A stretch of 64,000 nucleotides of DNA from Rhodospirillales bacterium (lineage in GTDB: Bacteria; Pseudomonadota; Alphaproteobacteria; Bin95), in assembly GCA_038143065.1 (NCBI GenBank), contig JAYQLI010000035.1:992001-1056000 (forward strand), given 5' to 3'. Position numbers and translations under genes: made by a program. Each line of letters starts with the position of its first letter. The first letter of the stretch is position 1. Shown here in pieces: positions 57,022-64,000 of this stretch. The notes under the pieces are model-generated. The model saw nothing but the letters and a program-made list of their open reading frames with translations, did no database searches and was not told the origin of the DNA.

Positions 57022-58082
57022 CGGATGAAATGGACGCCACTGCAGTAACAGAGGTCAGAGAGGCCCATGCAATTGACCAGGGACGCCTCGCGGAGTTCCT
57101 AAAGGAAGCATTACCAGAAACTCAGGGGCCTATGAAACTATCTCAGTTTGCTTATGGCCAATCAAATCCAACTTATGTCGTGGGTTTTGATGACGTAGAA
57201 TACGTCTTACGCAAACAACCTCCAGGCGAGCTCTTACCATCTGCTCATCAAGTGGATAGAGAATTTCGCGTTCAAAAAGCACTATCCGAAGCGGGGTACC
57301 CGGTTGCCAAGCAGTTTCTTTATTCTGACAACCGCGAAATCGTGGGCACGCCTTTTTATGTGATGGAGCGCATGCAAGGCCGGGTTTTCAAAGATACAAG
57401 CCTGCCTGACTGCTCCCCTGAACATCGAGCTGAGATGTATAAGAGCCTTGCTGAAACACTGGCGCAACTTCATACCTTTAGCCCAGCAGAGCTTGGCTTA
57501 GAAGATTTTGGAAGACCTGGCGACTGGTATCGACGGCAATTCAAGCGCTGGTCAAGAAATTTTTCTGAAACGCAGACGCAGGCAATGCCCGCAATGCAAC
57601 CCCTCATGGAATGGCTGGATGCCCATATGCCGGAGGACAACGAGACACGTATTGCCCACGGGGACTACCGGATGGGCAATGTAATGTTTCATCCAACGGA
57701 GCCTCGAGTGGTCGCAGTCTTTGATTGGGAAATTTCTACTCTTGGGCACCCTTTAGGCGATTTAGCCTATTGTGCAATTTTGTACGGAACAAACCCACAG
57801 CAATTCTTTGGTTTAGAGGGCCTTAATTCAAACGCACTTGGAATTCCAACCTTTGAAGAATTCAACTCTATTTACTGTGAAGCTGCTGGGCGTAGCGATG
57901 GAGGCTTGACCAACGCCCATATGGCCCACGCTTTTTTCAGATTTGCTGCAATATTGGATGGAGTGCGTGCTCGTGGACTTGCGGGCAATGCCGCCTCTAC
58001 AGATGCCGCTGATATTGGTCTCATAGCACCAGAGATTGCTGCTCGTGGTTGGAAATATGCTCAGGCCAAAAATTCCATGTAG
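57018..58082 (+). CDS. APH-family phosphotransferase (ACAD10/11 kinase, LvaA-like)
   Basis: GQSNPTY, LRKQPPG.LLPSAHQVDRE, HGDYRMGN, DWE. Confidence 0.88.
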   Translation: MTDEMDATAVTEVREAHAIDQGRLAEFLKEALPETQGPMKLSQFAYGQSNPTYVVGFDDVEYVLRKQPPGELLPSAHQVDREFRVQKALSEAGYPVAKQFLYSDNREIVGTPFYVMERMQGRVFKDTSLPDCSPEHRAEMYKSLAETLAQLHTFSPAELGLEDFGRPGDWYRRQFKRWSRNFSETQTQAMPAMQPLMEWLDAHMPEDNETRIAHGDYRMGNVMFHPTEPRVVAVFDWEISTLGHPLGDLAYCAILYGTNPQQFFGLEGLNSNALGIPTFEEFNSIYCEAAGRSDGGLTNAHMAHAFFRFAAILDGVRARGLAGNAASTDAADIGLIAPEIAARGWKYAQAKNSM

Positions 58083-58205
58083 TGAGATAAAGTAGTCCCA
58101 AAACAATATTGTGTCATTGCCCCTGCCTGGTCCAAACTCGCAAGGAGACACGAAGATATTTTATCTTTTCGACAGCTCAATATAGAAAAAAGGAATACTT
58201 CCTAA

Positions 58206-59957
58206 ATGACCGAGGTTTTGCGCAATGATCCTGTTCGACGCCTTTTAGGTGGCCGTGCTCTTGCAGAGATGCTGAAGTTAGCGGGTGGCTCCCCAATGTT
58301 TGGAATGGGTGGCTTCCAACTACTTCCATTCTACGACGCAGTTCGTGAATTAGGTCTAGTGCATACCCTTATTAATGATGAGCGATGTGGCTGTTTTGCG
58401 GCGGATGCCTGGTCTCGGGTGACTGGTCGTGTCGGCGTGGTCGATGCCACTTTAGGTCCTGGAGCGACCAATCTCACAACCGCACTGGTTGAGAGCCTCA
58501 ATGCGGGCGTTCCGCTTATTGCGATCGTTGGAGATGCAAACCGCACACACGCTTGGAAAAATATGACGCAAGAGGCGAAGCAGCTAGAAATCCTCGCCCC
58601 ATGCGCCAAAGAAGTCATCAGAGTTGAGGTAGGCACAAGAGTCCCAGAACTAGTTCGTCGTGCATTTGCGGTGGCAACCGCAGGACGCCCAGGGCCCGTA
58701 ATCTTAGACGTTCCTGAAGATATTGCCCACGGAGAATTCGACTACGACGCCAACGACTTTTGGATCGATGAGGACACACTCTCCATTCCTTCTCGCACTT
58801 CCCGCCCAGGGCGAACTGCAACAAGACAGGCTGCGGAATATCTACGCAAAGCAAAGCGACCAATAATGATGGTTGGCGGCGGCATTCATTTATCCCAGGG
58901 TTACGACGCCCTTCTGAGACTAGCCGAGCAGGAAAATATTCCTGTTGCTCACACCATGAGCGGAAAAGGAGGCATTGCTTGCACCCATCGCCTCAACGCC
59001 GGACTTTTTGGCCGCTATGACCGAATTGCTAACGACTTGATTGATGCGTCCGACTGTCTGTTAGTTGTTGGATGTAAACTTGGTGAAATTGCTACTAAGC
59101 GTTTTGCTCTCCCTTTATCTGGAAAACCTCTAATCCATCTCGAAGTTTGGCCGGAAGAGATTGGACGTACAACACCACCAACAGTTGCCCTTGTTGGTGA
59201 TGCTGGAGAAGGCCTCGCCGACTTGGCTGATGAACTGAATGAAAAAGCAGAACTAAGACGAAAAAATCGTCAAGCCTATTGTGACGAGGTCCATCAGAAA
59301 ATGGCCAAATGGGTTGAAGGCGCAGAACCACGCTATGGCTCTAAGGAGCGCCCTATTAACATGGGACGCGTTATCCGGGAGCTAATGAATACTATGCCCG
59401 AAGATGGTGTATTAGTAGCGGACGGCGGTTTTGCTGGCCATTGGACTGGACTTCTCTATGACACAAAGAAATCAGGCCGCACCTACGTACCTGATCGTGG
59501 ATTTGCTTCCATAGGTTATGGCCTACCTGGTGCAATAGGTGCTCAGCTGGCTTGTGGCAAAACTTCCCCTGTTGTTGCGTTAACAGGTGATGGCGGATTC
59601 AATATGACATTGGGAGAGCTTGAAACCGCTCGAAGACTAAAGCTTGGTCTAACGATGATAGTCGTAAACAATGCAGCATCCGGTTATGTCAAAGCCCTCC
59701 AGCACGCGATGTACGGTGGTCGCTATCAATCAAGCGACCTTGAAGAGGTCAATTATGCTAACGCAGCCACAGCACTAGGCTGCGAGGGAATACGTGTTGA
59801 AGACCCAGGTGATCTCGCAGAAGCACTTCGCCGAGGCATGGCCAATAAAGACCAACCAACCGTGCTTGATGTGGTTGTTACTCGTGATCCAGCGAAGATG
59901 CTACCAGCGGTAGACAGCCGCACAGCACCTATCAAAAAAGGCGATCGCATCGCCTAG
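58206..59957 (+). CDS. ThDP-binding enzyme (acetolactate synthase-like fold)
   Basis: INDER, GPGATN, GRPGPV.LDVPED, GDGGF...NN. Confidence 0.85.
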   Translation: MTEVLRNDPVRRLLGGRALAEMLKLAGGSPMFGMGGFQLLPFYDAVRELGLVHTLINDERCGCFAADAWSRVTGRVGVVDATLGPGATNLTTALVESLNAGVPLIAIVGDANRTHAWKNMTQEAKQLEILAPCAKEVIRVEVGTRVPELVRRAFAVATAGRPGPVILDVPEDIAHGEFDYDANDFWIDEDTLSIPSRTSRPGRTATRQAAEYLRKAKRPIMMVGGGIHLSQGYDALLRLAEQENIPVAHTMSGKGGIACTHRLNAGLFGRYDRIANDLIDASDCLLVVGCKLGEIATKRFALPLSGKPLIHLEVWPEEIGRTTPPTVALVGDAGEGLADLADELNEKAELRRKNRQAYCDEVHQKMAKWVEGAEPRYGSKERPINMGRVIRELMNTMPEDGVLVADGGFAGHWTGLLYDTKKSGRTYVPDRGFASIGYGLPGAIGAQLACGKTSPVVALTGDGGFNMTLGELETARRLKLGLTMIVVNNAASGYVKALQHAMYGGRYQSSDLEEVNYANAATALGCEGIRVEDPGDLAEALRRGMANKDQPTVLDVVVTRDPAKMLPAVDSRTAPIKKGDRIA

Positions 59958-59974
59958 TCTGCTAGGAGAAGGTT

Positions 59975-61932
59975 ATGGACGTAGCATTAAAAAATGAAAG
60001 TCATGCCATACTGAAAGATCGCATTCGCGCCGCTGCCGCTGACCCTAATCTTGAAACAATGTTGGCAGAAGCTGATATTTCGCCCACCCTACTCACACTG
60101 GCACACATTTCTGGGGATGATGATTTTTTAGATGAGGCCCGTCCCTACATAGAAGGCGGTTGGAGCTTCATGGTCCATATCCCTGAAGAGCTGGCAACTC
60201 GCATTCGTACACGCTTAGCCGAGGTTTTGCGTGAGATAGCTTCAGGCAATAGGGAAGTAGCGCCTCCCCTTCGGGCGAACGACTACACCGCCTTATGAAT
60301 GTAGGCGTTGGAATGGGAATGCCATCTTCCTACGTCCCAATGATGATTGAAGAGATGCAGTTTGACGACCGCGATCCACGAACCGTCGAATGGCGCAAAG
60401 CAAAGCCCGATTGCCTAGACAACTTTAAAATTGTGATTGTTGGGGCAGGACTCTCTGGGCTTGGACTAGCAATAAAACTCAAAGAAGCGGGATACAACTT
60501 TACTATCTACGACCGAGCTGATGCCGTAGGCGGAACCTGGTACGTCAACCGATACCCAGGCTGTGGCGTAGATACACCAAACCACTTCTTCTCCTATTCC
60601 TTTGAACCAAACCACGACTGGTCCGAACATTTTTCGAAACGTGATGAGCTGTGGAGCTATCAGGAGAGCCTTGCAAATACTTACGGACTTCGCCCGCATA
60701 TTGAACTTAAAACTGAGGTTTTATCTGCAGACTTTAATGAAAGTTCCCAAATTTGGGTTATTCGGATAAGACGCGAAAACGGTACAGAAGAAACCATCCA
60801 AGCCAATGTTTTTGTAACGGCTGTTGGCCAACTTAACACGCCGAATATTCCAGCCATTGAGGGACTCGAAAATTTTAACGGCAGTGTGCTGCATACAGCC
60901 GAGTGGGATGACTCTGTATCGCTTGAAGGGCGTAACGTTGCGATGATTGGCACCGGCGCTAGTGGAATGCAAACGGGCCCATCAATTGCACCTAAAGTCA
61001 GTAATTTAACAATTTTTCAGCGATCGCCACATTGGGCAATCCCGAATGCGAACTACCACAAGCGCGTTGCTGAGGGCATGAAATGGACTTTGAAGTCCAT
61101 CCCTTTCTACGCGAAATGGAACCGATTTTTGCTTTTCTGGGCCGGAAGCGATGTGCTTCACGACTCACTGCATATCGATCCAAGCTGGTCCTCGCCAGAT
61201 CTCTCATTGAATGCTCAGAATCAGAAATTTCGTGAAGATCTAATCTCCCATATGCGACAAGAGATGGGAGGTAATGAGGAACTTTTATCCAAAACAACAC
61301 CACCTTACCCTCCGTACGGAAAAAGGATGCTGAGGGACAATCATTGGTACCGGATGCTAGTCCGCGACAACGTAAACTTAGTTACCGAACAAATCACACG
61401 CGTAACAGATTCAGGCATTGAAACGCATGATGGCCAAGAACACACGTGTGACACCATTATTCTTGCCACTGGTTTTCAGACCACTCGAATGCTTGGGCCG
61501 CTTGGAGAGTCCATACGAAACGAAAATAAGGAAACTCTCCGCCAGAGCTGGAATGAAGATGACCCCCGTGCTCATCTTGGCATTATGACCCTTCGCTTTC
61601 CAAATCTTTTTATGATGTATGGGCCAGGCACGAACCTCGCTCACGGTGGAAGCATTATTTTCCATATGGAATGTCAAATTCGATATATCATGCAAGCATT
61701 ACGGGAATTGACCGAAAACGGTCACAATCGGATGGAAGTTCGAGCAGAACCTCACGATGCTTACAATGCAAAACTTGATGCCAAGCATTATTCCATGGTT
61801 TGGACTCACAAGGGGGTCAACAACTGGTATAAAAATAAGGCAGGGCGAGTATTTGCTAATTCCCCATGGCGCCTGGTTGACTACTGGGCCTTCACCCAAA
61901 AACTCAAACCCGAAGAATACGAATTCTCATAG
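59975..61932 (+). CDS. Type I Baeyer-Villiger monooxygenase with N-terminal extension (frameshift near 60268)
   Basis: GAGLSG, GGTWYVNRYPGCGVD, fingerprint FNGSVLHTAEWD, GTGASG, ATGF. Confidence 0.88.
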
Positions 61933-61945
61933 GAGACCAAATTAA

Positions 61946-62749
61946 ATGGGCAAATTAGAAGGCAAAGTGGCTCTCGTTACGGGCGGTGCCCGAGGTATTG
62001 GTGCTGCGGCCGCTAAAAAGATGGCAGCTGAAGGGGCCACCGTTATGGTGGGTGATATTTTAGAAACACAAGCCAAAGAAACTGTCTCGGCTATAGTTTC
62101 ATCAGGCAGTCAAGCAGAATTTACAGAACTTGACGTGACGTCAGAAACATCCTGGCAATCGGCCATCGACGCAACGGTCAGTGCATTTGGCAAGCTCGAT
62201 ATTCTGGTTAACAACGCTGGAATATTTCTAGGTAAAGACCTCCTAGAAGCATCAATGGAGGAATGGAAGCGCCTAGTAGACATTAACTTAACTGGCGTAT
62301 GGCTTGGAGTGAAATTAGCAACCCCGGCCCTCGCAAAAGCTGGGGAGACCTCTCCTCAAGGAAGTGCAATTGTCAACCTCGCATCAGTGGCAGGGGTGGT
62401 CGGTTCTCAACTCGATCCACTTTATTCTTTGACCAAGGGTGGGGTCACCCTTTTCACAAAATCTGCAGCTCTAAACCTTTCTAGACGAGGTTATAAAATC
62501 CGAGTCAATTCAATTCACCCAGGTGTTATTGACACCGACATGGGCGCCCAAACATTTGTTGCGCGAGCGAACCAAACCCGTTCAAACGATACTGAGAGGG
62601 CAAGGCAAATAGCCATCTCAGGACACCCAATTGGGCGTCTTGGGCTTGCTGAAGACATAGCAAATGGCATCTGCTTCCTGGCATCAGATGAGGCCGGTTT
62701 CATGACCGGTTCTGCGATGGTTGTCGATGGTGGAATGACCGCGCAGTAA
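61946..62749 (+). CDS. Short-chain dehydrogenase/reductase
   Basis: TGGARGIG, NNAG, YSLTK, RVNSIHPG. Confidence 0.92.
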   Translation: MGKLEGKVALVTGGARGIGAAAAKKMAAEGATVMVGDILETQAKETVSAIVSSGSQAEFTELDVTSETSWQSAIDATVSAFGKLDILVNNAGIFLGKDLLEASMEEWKRLVDINLTGVWLGVKLATPALAKAGETSPQGSAIVNLASVAGVVGSQLDPLYSLTKGGVTLFTKSAALNLSRRGYKIRVNSIHPGVIDTDMGAQTFVARANQTRSNDTERARQIAISGHPIGRLGLAEDIANGICFLASDEAGFMTGSAMVVDGGMTAQ

Positions 62750-62754
62750 AAACG

Positions 62755-63128
62755 TTGTTGAAGCTAACGTTCTGCCTCCATCGAAAACCTGAAATGAGTC
62801 GGGAAGCTTTCCTGAAATACTGGGAACACGAACATGGCCCTCGCGTGGCTGGGCATTTAAAGGCAATAGGATGCAAAAAGTATGTTCAAGTTCGCAGCAT
62901 CGAAGGAAGTTTAGCAAAAAAATTGCTAAGTCTCGTGGGGGGCAGAAACCATTTGATGGAGTTGCAGAGCTTTGGTTTGAAAACCAAGACAAATTCATAA
63001 AACATGCCAGCACAGCAAGTGGAATGGCGGCTGCCAAAGACCTGTATAAGGACGAAGAAAAATTTATCGACATGACCAACTCAGTGATCTTTCTGTCTGA
63101 AGAACAGTTAGTCATTGAGGTAAATTAG
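62755..63128 (+). CDS. EthD-domain protein (frameshift in the A-run near 62920)
   Basis: RKPEMSREAFLKYW...HGP continues as FDGVAELWF...DEEKFID. Confidence 0.8.
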
Positions 63129-63244
63129 CGTTTGGAAAGTCATCTAATCCATAAGTAAAAAAATACAAATGGGTAAAATTGGTGAGTGACGCCATGCATT
63201 AAATAGAGTTATCATTTCCTTGGATAAATGGGAGAGCACTATAA

Positions 63245-64000
63245 ATGCCCGATAAATTTGATCTTATCATTCGCAATGGTTCTGTCGTTGATGGTACAGG
63301 ATCTCAACCTTTCACAGCTGATGTTGCCATCAAAGACGGGGTAATCGTAGCTGTTGGTACCGTGGACGGAGACGCACCGCGAGAGATTGAGGCGAAGGGC
63401 AAATTAGTAACTCCAGGATTCGTCGACATTCATACACATTATGACGCTCAGGCGGTTTGGGACTCCCACCTAAAACCATCTTCCCTTCACGGAGTAACGA
63501 CTGTCGTTATGGGCAACTGCGGCGTTGGCTTCGCTCCCTGCAAACCAGAAAATCGCGAAAAGCTAATCGAGCTAATGGAAGGTGTTGAAGACATTCCTGG
63601 CGCAGTAATGCACGAAGGGCTGGAGTGGACCTGGGAGAGCTTTCCTGAATATCTGAACGCTTTGGAAGCGAAATCGAGAGATGTAGACGTCTGTGCACTC
63701 CTCCCACATTCAGCGGTTCGAGTGCACGTTATGGGTGATAGGGCTGTTGCTTTTGAGCCAGCAACCAAGGATGACATCGCAGAAATGCGAGCAATAACGA
63801 CGGAAGCCGTAAAAGCTGGAGCTTTTGGTATTTCCACCAGTCGAACCACAAGCCATAAAACCCTTGCTGGCGACTACATTCCTACATTACGAGTTTATGA
63901 AGATGAGCTACTCGGCCTTGCCGAGGGGGTTCGTGATGCAGGGGGTGGAATGATCGAGGCAGTCTCTGACTGGATCACAGATGCCACACCTGACACAATC
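63245..64000 (+). CDS. N-acyl-D-amino acid deacylase-family amidohydrolase (runs off the window; absent from the ORF track)
   Basis: Manual translation: MPDKFDLIIRNGSVVDGTG...PGFVDIHTHYDAQ...HGVTTVVMGNCGVGFAP. Confidence 0.88.
   Translation, partial: MPDKFDLIIRNGSVVDGTGSQPFTADVAIKDGVIVAVGTVDGDAPREIEAKGKLVTPGFVDIHTHYDAQAVWDSHLKPSSLHGVTTVVMGNCGVGFAPCKPENREKLIELMEGVEDIPGAVMHEGLEWTWESFPEYLNALEAKSRDVDVCALLPHSAVRVHVMGDRAVAFEPATKDDIAEMRAITTEAVKAGAFGISTSRTTSHKTLAGDYIPTLRVYEDELLGLAEGVRDAGGGMIEAVSDWITDATPDTI

Noticed and set aside
58083-58205. TPP riboswitch before the ThDP enzyme
   Set aside because: Conserved CTGAGA and CCTGA-type core elements are absent.

Overview
A 64 kb stretch of core chromosome from an Alphaproteobacterium (evidence: ccrM beside rnhB, a phasin with PhaR-type operators, the rpoZ-spoT-pdxJ-acpS and lepB-rnc-era-recO blocks, a Suv3-like helicase). 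Housekeeping genes (accA, cysK/cysE, coaD, gyrA, ssb, uvrA, fabD, htpG, kdsD, htpX, rsmB, parC, tRNA-Lys) alternate with single accessory redox/CoA enzymes, and a co-oriented catabolic gene run fills 55.4-64 kb. About 17 genes, several essential, are interrupted, mostly by single-base indels in homopolymers. I read this as an unpolished long-read consensus, not real pseudogenes. I saw no CRISPR array, rRNA, transposase, integrase, prophage or defence system, and no single new system that the sequence alone proves. Best leads: a DnaA box plus triple GANTC cluster before ccrM; a split hot-dog dehydratase pair behind accA; an apparent inversion of the acpS-udg block; an SDR with Arg in place of the catalytic Tyr next to an LvaA/ACAD10-type kinase; a ThDP enzyme-Baeyer-Villiger monooxygenase-SDR-EthD operon of unknown substrate; and miscalls that may mark methylation motifs. 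All family assignments come from motif recognition, not database searches.
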